Below are positions 1 through 10,539 of a DNA stretch of 36,817 bases, piece after piece. The notes beneath the pieces were generated by a model that saw nothing but the letters and a program-made list of their open reading frames with translations, was not told the DNA's origin and searched no databases. Origin of the DNA: Craspedostauros australis (lineage: Eukaryota); contig JALAGF010006555.1 in the NCBI GenBank assembly GCA_030167865.1, positions 1-36,817 on the forward strand, written 5' to 3'. Each line of letters opens with the position of its first letter. Position 1 is the first letter of the stretch. Position numbers and translations under genes: made by a program.

Positions 1-85
1 TCAATAGCGGGGCTCCCCCTGGAATTCGGACAGCCCGGCGTGTCCCAGTACCCAAGTTCTGGGGCCACTCGAACCCCTCTATTAA
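1..85. other. Structured, inverted-repeat-bounded segment at a homology breakpoint (possible terminus of a mobile element)
   Basis: 1-15 TCAATAGCGGGGCTC matches the reverse complement of 71-85 (TTAATAGAGGGGTTC) at 12/15 positions, and there is an internal stem GGACA/TGTCC. Homology to 35777-35965 begins exactly at ATTAA (81-85). Confidence 0.3.
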
Positions 86-270
86 GTCTGGTTTGGTATG
101 TTGAAGGAGTGTGTTGTTCTGTGTGGAAAAGGGGTGTTGTGGTATACGTGGCGTTGTATCAGATCGTGTCTGAATGGTTATTTGTGCCGTTGAATGGAGG
201 TGCTGTGTTCTATTGTGTTCTGTGTTCTTCTTCGCACGGAACAAGATGGGACTTAGTGTATTTTTTCATG
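81..270 (+). repeat. Non-coding ~190-bp segment, inverted copy of 35777-35965
   Basis: ATTAAGTCTGGTTTGG...GTGGCGTTGTATCAGATCGTGTCTGAATGGTTATTTGTGCCGTTGAATGGAGGTGCTGTGTTCT...CTTCTTCGCACGGAACA matches the reverse complement of 35777-35965 with only scattered substitutions. Confidence 0.95.
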
Positions 271-1137
271 CTTCTCTGTGATTTGGGAAGGAATCGCGAC
301 CTCAATGATAGCGATTGTGGAGCTACGGTATAATACAATTTATTCAACACTACTTCACCAACATAGCAAATCGTCTTGTGGTACTGGTTCGTTAGTGGTA
401 TCTTCTGCCTATCTTGGGTCGTGTTACTCCGTGAAGTGGCTGATGATTCTTCTTGTTGGATCGTTTGCCTGGCGATGTTGGAGGAGTGCTTGTTCTGAAC
501 TCTTGTTGTGCAGAACATGAGCAAGATCAAGTGCTCAACATCAGCAGGAGAACAACAGCAAAGACACCTGCAGTGCGGGCATGGGCTTCGAACAGTGGTT
601 GATTTGATTGGGAGCCATGTTGCTCGGATTGACCTTGGCAGGATTGGATCACATCAGTCAAGCCATGTCGAACATTCTGTGTCGATGGCCAATCCGTGTT
701 TAGTTCAGCGACGGACTTTTCCACATCAACATGTTTTTGTCGCTGGACACGTGCTGAATTACTCAAGTACAACAAGCCAGTTTGTGCATTGGTTGGAACC
801 TGTCTTGTTCTCGTAGGTCGCCGACATTCGCGAACACTGGGAACAAACGTTATGTGGCACCCGTGTTGTCACGACTAACCCGGGAACAGAACACGCAACG
901 ACACAGACAAGATGACAATGACGCGACTGACGAGTCACTAGCCAGCACGGATACCGGCTTACTCCAAACACAGGAGCGCACACCTGAAACACAGGACACG
1001 AAAAAATTGAGACAGAACCAGTGGATCGCTCACAAACGGATTTCTCGTGCGGCAACAACAAGCGCAAGTTGGTGCGGGAGAAAATCTACGCTGCTCCTTT
1101 TTCCTTTCCTTCCTTCCGTCCTTTCTCTCTCGGTGCG

Positions 1138-2233
1138 ATGGTGTCGCCTCCGGATGTCACGGCCGCCGCTCGCGTGCTGCGGTATGGTTCGCCGTCTTCG
1201 TCTCCGCCGGTTGCGTCCTCTCGGGTCGGTGCGTCTTTGGGTTCCGGGGGGGGAAGTGTGTTGCTTGATCCAATGGAGGTGTCTGGCTATGGTCTTGTGG
1301 ATGCGGAGTCACTGGCTCTTGTGTCTTTGTTCGAGGCTCCGGGCGCGTCAGGGAAGCTGTTCTGTGGAGGTCTCATTGGGAAGTCTGGTGTGGCGTTCTG
1401 CACCAATGCGTTGGCCATCGGCATGAATCACTGTGGTGTTGCAGCGCATGGCAAACACAAAGTCGTCGCAGCTGCTGGTGATCTCTTCATCTGCCGCCCT
1501 GCCTCGAAGCAACGAGGGTCCGGCGGTGCCTTCTGCACACCAAGCATCAACAAGTTTGCTCTCTCAGAGGAAGTCTCGTCTACTCTTGTCGATCCTCGTC
1601 CTGTGCGGCTTTGGACCTCCATCTTCCAGTCCATCGCCGATGGTGAAACCGACTCCACACACATCAACAAGCTCGACAGTGGGACATCGTTCCAGAAGAC
1701 TCCGTTTGCCAAGCGGCTACGGCCGGACGACCCTACCATCGCAGGGTCTGCCACTCCAGTGACCACCAAGCGACCTCGATCTGTGGTAGACGACATTGCT
1801 GTCCCCAAGGAGCGGCTTGTCGATGACCTGAAAGGGAAACCCGAACTCAACGTCCTGGTTGCGGATCACCTCAACCCAGCCATCACTGCTCTTCGTTCCG
1901 TCACACAAGCAGTGCAGAGCATCGAAGACACCATCCACACACTCACCCAATCCACCAGTGAAGCATTCGCAGATACTGACAACAGGGTGTCGCAGCTCCA
2001 GAGCTCACTGGGAACTCTTCCGCCCTCTGCCAATGATCTGGAGGCAGCCCAAGTGTGGCCCAACCTTGTCGCTGTTTCCGCAGTGGCAAAGGAGCACCTC
2101 GTTCTCCTCCAAGGATTGAACGACCGCTTCGCCTCTTCCCATGGTGTGGCAGCGGATGAACGTGCCAAGCTCTCTCGGGCCCACGACCATCTCAAGAGTC
2201 GGGTAGAGGAGTCTCATGCACGGTTTGAGCCAA
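1138..2233 (+). pseudogene. Gag-like ORF1 of the YR element, truncated by an internal deletion (frame reads on to a stop at 2445)
   Basis: First ATG at 1138. Cys/His cluster C-x11-C-x10-C-x4-H (FCGGLIGKSGVAFCTNALAIGMNHCGVAAH) followed by a coiled-coil-like region (ITALRSVTQAVQSIEDTIHTL...RVSQLQSSLG). Beyond ~2233 the frame is an alternative reading of the recombinase. Confidence 0.55.
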
Positions 2234-2803
2234 GAAGTGGTCCTTGCCGACATTGTTGGAATGCGCAAGCACCACGGGTTGGGCATGAAGCACAAGGACC
2301 CCGCTCTCCGCCACACGGTGGTAGCCTTGCTTGGTCGGTTCAAAACCGAATCGGGCGAGAAGTACCATCTCATGCCTCTGGCTTGGCAGTCGAGGTCAGG
2401 TCTCCAACCTTCCATTTGGGTGGAGCGAATGCTCACATGGTATGAGAAGAGAAAGGTCCCACAGGGTCCGGTGTTCCGCACTTCGGTGGGACAACGGGCA
2501 AAGCCAGTGGCTTATCAGCCACTCCTTCACCAGCTGCTGTTGGACATCCAAGAGGACCGACCAGATTTGATCCCACGGGGAATTGATGTGGTGGAAGAGT
2601 ACGCAGTCGGTCGCTCTTTCCGCCGAGGCTCCAACACACAGGCCATCAATCAAAAGGTGGACGAGCGTGATATCGACCTCAATAATCGCTGGAGGCGATT
2701 CGAGGCCGCTAGAGGCAGGCAGCCACGACTCCAAATGCAGCAGCACTATGCTGATGTGATGCAGATGCTCCCAGCACTGCTGCGCTACTCGGCAGCCCTC
2801 TGA
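2216..2803 (+). pseudogene. Tyrosine recombinase, C-terminal catalytic fragment
   Basis: Motifs GRFK (catalytic Lys region), GPVFR, GRSFRRGS (HxxR box), NNRW (H/W box) and QQHY (catalytic Tyr). The N-terminal binding domain and the first catalytic Arg (expected just before EVVLAD) are missing. Confidence 0.75.
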
Positions 2804-3511
2804 CCGAGTGACGCTCTGTGTCACAGGAGGAGCGGGTACTGAGGGGGGAAGGAAAATGAGGATACACTCCTCCCTGTGACTGAACAGCATGTGACGCCAG
2901 TATGGTATCAGAGAATGAGCGCCCCGCGCGCTTTGGGATGTGGCAGTGGGCCTAGCTCACTAGCACTAGCTTCGGGCATCCCATTCCTGCATAGGAATTT
3001 CTCCGGAATCATCGCGGCTGATCCTGACTGATTCGGATGAGTCGATTCGTACAAGTCAACTCAGGTGGCAGGACACATGACCCCCTTCGTAACAGTAGAA
3101 CCATGCTACTCATATCAGATCACATCCCCACATGTGCATGCGGGGTCAGGTACCATTGCCTAGTCATCATAAATTTTCGCAATAGCCGTTCAGAACTTCG
3201 CTTGTGTCCATCCATGACCCATTCTCCACCCAAAGCACCAACGAAGAACACTGTGACATTCATTACCGTTTCCAAGTGTCTCTCGTGCCTCCTTCGCTGT
3301 CCATCTGGAGCCATTTCGAGTCGCTGGAACAGCAGCGTCCAAACTTGTGCGGCGCCATCGTGATGCCTTGACGGCCGTGACCAGCAACGACATCAACTGC
3401 AGCCGCGAGCATCCCTGCCAACAGTCTGTTGTCACGAAGGAGAGCACCAGCACTCACATCGCATTCCTCCGCTCTCGATCCTTGGAGCTGAACGTGCCTG
3501 CGTCCTCACTT

Positions 3512-3518
3512 CAGAGAC

Positions 3519-3550
<32 letters not shown>
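3512..3550. repeat. (AG)n microsatellite with CAGAGA variants
   Basis: CAGAGACAGAGACAGAGAGAGAG...AG read directly, ~160 bp upstream of the NTPase ATG. Confidence 0.95.
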
Positions 3551-3707
3551 CATTGGACTTCATTCATAATACACAAACACGACCACGTACCAATACCAAC
3601 ACGCTCTTTCAGGACAGTGTCGGTATAATCCGTCGGGTCTCGCACCATCAGACCCCGCAATACGTCGCACCATTCGAAACCATCGATCGACAAAGGCATC
3701 AAACACC

Positions 3708-6700
3708 ATGGCAGACAAAGCAGCTCCCAACATGGATCCGAATGATGGCTCTCCGGCTTCATCGCATCCAGGGACAGACACTGCCGATGATCCCAAGCAC
3801 AGTGTCTACGACGACGATGACAACCACAGCTTCGGTGACGACGACGATGGCAACAATGACGATGACGATGACGAACAGTGGGATCAATTCCAGTTCAGCA
3901 CCTTCGTGGGACGCGAAGATGAGCTGGAACGATTGAACTCGATCTACGGTCGCATATGTCGCAAACCACTGACGAAGCACACTCGTGATGACAGCAGCAG
4001 TGCCGATAGCAACAAGGATGCGCAGGTCGTCCTCATCCACGGCTATTCAGGGACGGGAAAATCAGCATTGGTGGATCGTTTCTTGCATAGATTGAATGAT
4101 GGCGCAACCAAGTCACCATCGCCGCCCCCATCATCTCCGCCGTCTCAAACTGCAACATCCGCAATTGCTCACTCTGTACAGGATGAATCACCCATGCCAT
4201 CAAACAAGCGACGAGCTGACTCGCATCCATGTCACTATGGAAAGGGAAAGTACGACCAATTCAATGCAGGTGGCAATCTTTCGGCCATCGTGGATGCGCT
4301 GTCACATTTCTTTCGGAGCCTTGTTGTATCTGGCGACACTGAAGAATGCGACCGGATCAGGATGGGACTCAATCGGAAGATGGATGCCACACGCCGCATG
4401 CTTGCGTGCCGCGCCATTCCAGGGCTTGCGTCTTTGTTGAAGGAACATCGGGCAAGTCTTGCAGGCAATGCTGGCAATGTGGTGGATATCGCGACCTCAA
4501 ACAGTTTCCGAAGCGGTCGCTCAGGCGAGTTGCTTCGCGAAGAGCAGGCGTCGGTTTCTGCAGGTTCGATAGCTTCGGGAAGTGTGATGAACACAGGCGC
4601 GTTCTCCCACGCTGGATCCAAAACGAACGAGTGGGTTCAGTTGGTGTACAGCTTCAAGATCATCCTGAAGGCTATCTGCACGGACGGCCGTCCTCTCGTG
4701 CTCTACCTGGATGGTGAGTGATAGCAATGGGATCGTCTGTTTCATATGCGCGATGTTCCTCCACGGCCTCGACGCGGCATCGACGCTTGCATGTTTGCAT
4801 GGAGTACCAGTGCGTGTGTGAATCGCCCATTCCTTCCAGCTCGTGTGTACGAGTACGCTGTCACAACGCACCACACTGAACCACCGTTGTATCTTTCACG
4901 TTCCCAATCTCTCACATTTGCACACCTGTGCCCACACGATCAGACCTTCAATGGGTTGATGAACGATCTCTCAAGCTCATCACTGAAGTCTTGATCGACC
5001 AATCCATCCGCAACCTTCTCATCATCGGATCATACCGATCCAACGAGGTGCACAACGATCCTCAACACCAACTCACCACTGCCGTCTCACAGTGGAAAAA
5101 CAACGGAAAGACCATCCACGACATTCCCCTCAATGATCTCACAGTCACCCAAACTGCGGAGTTGCTTGCATCGTCACTTCGGTTGGATGCAGTCAAAACA
5201 ACCCCTCTGGCCAAGCTGCTCCATGACAAGACCAAAGGCAACGTACTATACACGATGCAAGCGTTGGAGGGACTGCGCCGTCGCAAGGCTCTGACTCGCA
5301 ACATCTACACAATGCAATGGGAATGGGATGAGCAGCGAGCAGCCGACGAGATCGACATGGCCGCCAACGTAGTCGACCTGATCACGTCGAAGCTGCATTC
5401 GTTGCCTGAGGATCTTCAGAGGTGCTTGCAGATGGCTTCATTTCTGCGATCGACATTCCGTCAATCGTTGTTGGAGACGCTGATGGACATGGAGATTGAA
5501 CACCAGCAGCAGAAGGCAGATGGTGGAGGCGCCATGCGTATCTTGGCAGAGGCCGATATGAGCGTAGGTGACGCATTGAATCTAGCAGTGAAGGAGGAAC
5601 TACTGGAGAGACTCGATGTCGACACAGCAACCGCCGNNNNNNNNNNNNNNNNNNNNNNNNNNNNNNNNNNNNNNNNNNNNNNNNNNTCTAGCAGTGAAGG
5701 AGGAACTACTGGAGAGACTCGATGTCGACACAGCAACCGCCGCAGAGATAGCTGAAGGCACAGTCACCTCTTGTGCGACGTTCCGCTTCGTCCACGATCG
5801 AATCCAACAGGCGGCCTTCTCGTTGACTCCTCCGGGTGACGAACTCGATCAATTGAAGTATCGAGTTGGTAAACACCTCATGGAGATCGCGTCTGATCCC
5901 ATGCTGGGCGAAGATTGGATGTGGTTTGTGGCCGCGGATCATCTGGAGAATGCATCTTCGCTCACAACCACCAACACTATCATCCCGGAGCTTGATCTGA
6001 TCAAGCTGAACCTCAAGGTTGGGCAGCTTGCCGTTGGCGTGGCTGCCTTTCTCCCAGCAATGAAATACTTGAACCGGGCATTGACGAATCTGGAGGTCAA
6101 GATAGCTGACCCTTGGAAGACGCAGCATGAACTGTGTTTGGAGACCTACCACAGATTATCCGAGGTTGAGCTGACCCTCGGCAACTATGAGAAGGGATCG
6201 ACTCTGTGCCAGGCCATCGTTGACAACTGCAACAATTCCATTGAAGACATTGTCAAGGCGAACACATCGCTCGCCGTGGCTCTCGAGCGGATGGAGAGAC
6301 ACGGGGAAGCTTGTGACTTACACCTTCGGTCGCTCAAGTTGCTGGGGACGTTCCCAATGAGAAACCATCTATTCCTGGCACTGAGAGACTTCAGAAAGCT
6401 CAAGAAGTACTTCGCGAAGCACACAGATGAGGAGGTGCTGAACCTTCCCGTCATGACCGATCCCAAGATGTTGATGACAATGAAGATCTTACAGTACCTC
6501 GGATCTGTTGCCTTCCTGGCTGCCAGGGATGCGACGTTGCTACTCGCGGGATTTCGCCAGGTGACGTTGATGCTGAAGCATGGGCTGAGTGGCGAAGGTG
6601 CCTATGGCGCTTATTTGACGCGATCGGTCGCATTACATGTCATGAAGGATGTGAAATTCGCAAAACGGCTGCAAACGCTCCCGGCAAGGATTCTCGCTAC

Positions 6701-7949
6701 GACGCACTCCAAATACGTGATGTGCCAGTTCTTCGTGGCAGATACAGGATTTCTGGCTGCGTGGTCCGAGCCTGTACATGTATGTTTGGCAGCCTATCAA
6801 AAAGGCCATCAGGCTGGGATGGAAGCAGGTGATTTGTCTCATGCATATCGATGCTGGGGGATGTGCTTGCTACATGGCTTCATGTGCGGGGTCCCGCTTG
6901 TGTCCTTGCACCGCGCTGTGACGATCCTCCTGGTGCAAGCCGAGCATTACAACCTGAAAGAGATGTCCAACTCGTATGGACAAGTCCAACGTTTCTTCGA
7001 GATCTTGCTGGGCATGTCGTCTGCTCGACTTCAAGGCGAAGTGATTCGGGAGCAATCAGGTGAACAATCAACCGGGCACTGGAAGGACCGGTCTGATGTC
7101 CCATCAGCCAAAGACATGGATCGCGAGCAACACATTCGTTGGGGCATATGGTACTGGTGCTACGAGCAATTAACGATGTACTTCGGTGAATTGGAGCTGG
7201 GAAAGATCTGCATGGGGCCATCAAAAGCTAGCGCTGGGCTCGACAATACCTTTGTTAGGCAGACCGTGAGGGTGTTTCAAGGTGGGCTTACCATGTCCAG
7301 GATGGCGCAAAAGACAGACAGCAAGAGAAAGCGGAGGAAGTACCACCGCAAGGCGGCAAACTACACGGCAGAACTTCGTCGTCTGGTCGAGAGGAATGGT
7401 GGCAACAACCTCCATCGGTATCTCATCATGGAGGCAGACAAGATGGCAGTAAGAGGGAAGCAATCCGAACAGAAGGTGAAGGCAGCGTACGACAAGGCCA
7501 TTTCCTATTGCGCAAGATCGGGACACGTCAATGATGCAGCGCTGGCAAATGAGCTTGCCGCCGAGTACTTTCTGAACAAGCACACAGGCACACTGGCACT
7601 GTCTGGGTCTTTGCGTCGCACAACTTTGAGCGATCCCTCACGAAGCTCCGATTTTGAGAGCGCGGGTGTCCTGGATGATGATGAAGACTTCTACTGGCCA
7701 CGGCAGTATCTGGGAAATGCCATCTCGTTGTACAACGAATGGGGAGCAAGGGCAAAGGTAGAGCAGATGCTGGCGAAGTATCCGAACTTTCTCGATCGAA
7801 GCATGCTGGAAGGCGGTACCGACAGTGGCGACGGAGAAACCAATGGTCAGCGACGGAAACGACGACCCGCCAAGCACACGGCGGACACGCGGATGTGCGT
7901 TGCCACAGCCCACAAGATCATGGCAGAGGTGAACTTTGATGCCTTGTAG
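3708..7949 (+). CDS. STAND-class AAA NTPase with C-terminal TPR-like helical region, copy A. Exons 3708-4713 and 4944-7949; ~1301 aa after removing the gap artefact 5637-5742
   Basis: FVGREDE, Walker A GYSGTGKS, GKYDQ. Splicing intron 4714-4943 (GTGAGT...CAG) rebuilds Walker B LYLDDLQWVD. Then GSYRSNEV, KTKGN, FRFVHDRIQQAA, GMEAGD, AYDKAI, ALANELAAEY and YNEWGARAKV, the ATPase/TPR core seen in cyanobacterial and fungal multi-kinase sensors. Spliced length 3906 nt is a multiple of 3. Confidence 0.9.
5581..5742. other. Scaffold gap (50 N, 5637-5686) flanked by an identical 56-bp overlap; assembly artefact
   Basis: 5581-5636 is identical to 5687-5742. Deleting 106 bp (5637-5742) puts ORFs 4928+ and 5616+ in one frame, colinear with copy B. 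Confidence 0.92.
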
Positions 7950-8440
7950 TTGCGCGGAGTACGATAGATTGCAACAGAACTGGAATAGGACGACTGATGA
8001 AAAATCGTCCATCAGGAATTGATCCATGCATGGCCGCCTATTGTCATCCTGAGACCCGAAAGATGAAGTAACCGCAGGTGGGAATCGAGGGATGGACGAA
8101 CGTGGTGCACATAGGTACCGGCTGGCACGAAAGGCGAAAAGTCAGGGCCCTTGACGATGCATTGGTACATGGACGTAGCATAAGCCGATTGGCGTACTAT
8201 AATTTCCACTTCATCAACTATACGTGGTTAGCTTGCTCTATTCACAGTTGGTGGGGATTTATGGGAATCTACGGTATAATTGGCCATTGTATCTGTACGC
8301 GTTGATATGGTGTCCACGTCGAGTTGTGGGGATGTCGTGCTGTGTGTTGTTTGGTACTGGTACGCGTATGCTCGCTTTCGTTAGTATTCATGTTCGTTTA
8401 CTATGTGCACCAGCGATGGATTGATTACGGCTGTTGCTGT

Positions 8441-9037
8441 CTAAGCGGCGCTTCCAGCGACGCTGCAGAACACCATGGATTGATGCTGCTGGTTCGTCTG
8501 CAGCACAACACTCTGCACTTGACGCGATGCGCACATCGCAGTGCTTGTGTTTGTAGCTGTGTCCATGTCCATCGCTGTCTGCTTGTCATCGGTGTGCTCT
8601 GTGTAATACACCACCTGATAATCCAGCATCGCTTGCACATTGGCTCTCATCTGCGCGTTGCGTGTGGTGTCGGCGTAGACTGCGGCGATCATATCGGGAC
8701 AGAAAGACCCTTCATGTTCCTGCAGATCCTGTTCATCGAGAACGGCGGAGATGGATTCATCACGGTTCGCTCGTCTCTGTTGAGATCCCTGCACCGTATG
8801 GCTTTCCAAGCCGCGGATGTCAAGATCGCTGCTGTTGCTGTTGCCGTGTTGTCTGAGAGTGCCGATAATGTCCTGTCTGGTGTGGATCTTGTCCTGCTTT
8901 GAGAGCCAGCAGGCATCGATCTCATCGTTGGTGTAGTCTTTGATGTGGAGTGTCGCATGCTGCTTGGCGTAGCCGAAGAAGGTGACTGATTTCTTGGCAG
9001 GCTGCTGCTGGGTGTTCATCATCATCGTCGTCGTCAT
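8441..9037 (-). CDS. Small hypothetical protein of the 'KSVxF / W / RGLE / VLDEQ' family (198 aa), with a putative RVxF-type PP1-docking motif
   Basis: KKSVTF, HIKDYTNDEIDACWLSKQD, DIRGLE and ISAVLDEQ. A close paralog at 36450-36817 conserves the reading frame. Confidence 0.8.
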   Translation of the reverse strand: MTTTMMMNTQQQPAKKSVTFFGYAKQHATLHIKDYTNDEIDACWLSKQDKIHTRQDIIGTLRQHGNSNSSDLDIRGLESHTVQGSQQRRANRDESISAVLDEQDLQEHEGSFCPDMIAAVYADTTRNAQMRANVQAMLDYQVVYYTEHTDDKQTAMDMDTATNTSTAMCASRQVQSVVLQTNQQHQSMVFCSVAGSAA

Positions 9038-10539
9038 CTTGTATCGGTTGGCTGTTGCTTTTGCGGATGTGGTATCGTTGCGAATGTTGTTGTTGCTGCT
9101 TGAGTTTTTTTATGACAGAGGGAGGATGCAAACACTCCTCCGATCTCGTTCCGATGTTCACATCGGTCATGCCACTGGCCAAGCGCGAATTTGTGACGCG
9201 ATGTCACAAACGCGTTGGGTAAGTGTAGTTGGAACGTAAGACGGTCGGCATCGGTGATTCAAAAGAGACACCGTGACCGACATTTTGGTTTGTGACCTCT
9301 TGTTGTCGTGACTGGCGTGTAGTTTCTTGCGACAAAATAACTCGTGGTTGGACTCAACGATCGATTTACGGCGTGCATGCTGTTGGTAAGTCACGTCGGA
9401 CATTTGGAGATGGGCACAAAGGATGCCAATGGAACTCATGTTCGTGAAAGCTCGCCCAAAAGGAATGTCAGTGCCTTTCAAAGCGAACTGCAACGCAACA
9501 CAGCGCTGTTCATTTGAGATGTGTACAGGAAAATCCATCCAAGAACGCTCTGCCAGGCTAACATCACACAGCTGCCATGCCATGCCATGTATTATACTTC
9601 TACGTAAATAGCGTTCCTGCTTCGTTGGCATCATCGCAAGGAAGGAGCACAAACAGAGCCTGCGATTTGCAGAGACTGTGCAGATGAGTCGTCAGAATGC
9701 CGATGGCAGCGCCTCCGCGATCAATCCCGAAGCAAAACCCATGTTCGACAGGCGCTGTTCGTTGGACGTTATGTATGCGGTGGACGAACGTTATAATGGA
9801 GGAACTTTGAGTGGTTTACATGACTGAAGCATAAGAGACTACAGTAGTATCTTTGGGACTGGTCATTCGAGGACACGATTCCAGGGAATGTGGTGTCATA
9901 AATCTTGCAACGGGTTTCCGTTAGCTTAAGGTACAGGGAGGCTGTAGTAGTTAAGTGGTGGGCGCATGTTGGATGCTCATTCCTTCGTGGCATCGCGACG
10001 ATTTATGCTGCACGTCTTGGTTGGGAGTAGACAGCGAAGCGACGGAACCAAAAAATGTGCTGGGAGTTGTATGTCGTGGTGGCGGCAGTTCGTGACGCAA
10101 TGTGCTTCACGAGTAGAAGTGCCGTTGTTGTGAGGTAGAACACGTGAAGATGGGCGCAATGGTGAGACCGTCGGGTGAAGTTGCGCAGAAAGTGCGATGA
10201 ACGGACCAAGGAAACAGAAGCGAAAACACAAGAAGAAGCGGAGCGACTGGGCACAAGACAAGCAAGGAAGTGGTGGCAGTGGCAGTGGCGACAGCAATAA
10301 CGAGGTGGAGTTGGCATCACCTCTGCCCTTCTTGCGTGTGTGGATTGAGTTTGTTGGCGTGAGGAGATCGCACTACCAGCTTCCGTCAACATCAGCTGAA
10401 TTGACATCAATTGAGTTGAGTTGAGTTGAGCTGAGAGAGCATCTCCAAGTTCATTGTCAGCATCCCAACGATTCATAGGTTGTTCGAATAGCATCAATCC
10501 AGCATAACTCGAGTAGATCCTCTGACAAAGAACAAGAAC

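Larger units (their letters stand above)
1040..3000 (+). mobile_element. Internally deleted tyrosine-recombinase retrotransposon (DIRS/Ngaro-like); boundaries approximate
   Basis: A gag-like ORF runs directly into the C-terminal half of a tyrosine recombinase in another frame, with no RT/RNase H between them. The 3' tail (2820-2998) is hairpin-rich. The inverted paralogous region (34950-35777) shows no such element. Confidence 0.7.

Noticed and set aside
40..333. 97-aa ORF similar to the 84-aa ORF at 35740-35994
   Set aside because: Both use non-ATG starts, and similarity is confined to the duplicated DNA with unrelated ends. This is better explained as a non-coding duplicated spacer.
2234..2445. 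Programmed frameshift or overlapping genes between ORF1 and the recombinase
   Set aside because: The recombinase lacks its N-terminal half and no slippery site is evident; a deletion junction explains the overlap more simply.
4714..4721. TGA ending ORF 3708-4721 (and 33781-34950) as a possible Sec or readthrough codon
   Set aside because: It lies inside the intron (GTGAGTGA); splicing at 4714 rebuilds the Walker B motif in both paralogs.
7988..8015. CTGATGA inside a hairpin (GGACGA/TCGTCC), reminiscent of a hammerhead ribozyme core
   Set aside because: There is no stem II followed by GAAA and no stem III/UH cleavage arm; it is only a simple hairpin.
10197..10424. Short basic ORF upstream of the 661-aa gene, ending in (TTGAG)n
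   Set aside because: There is no convincing splice path to the downstream ORF and no motif; it may be a uORF but is unsupported.
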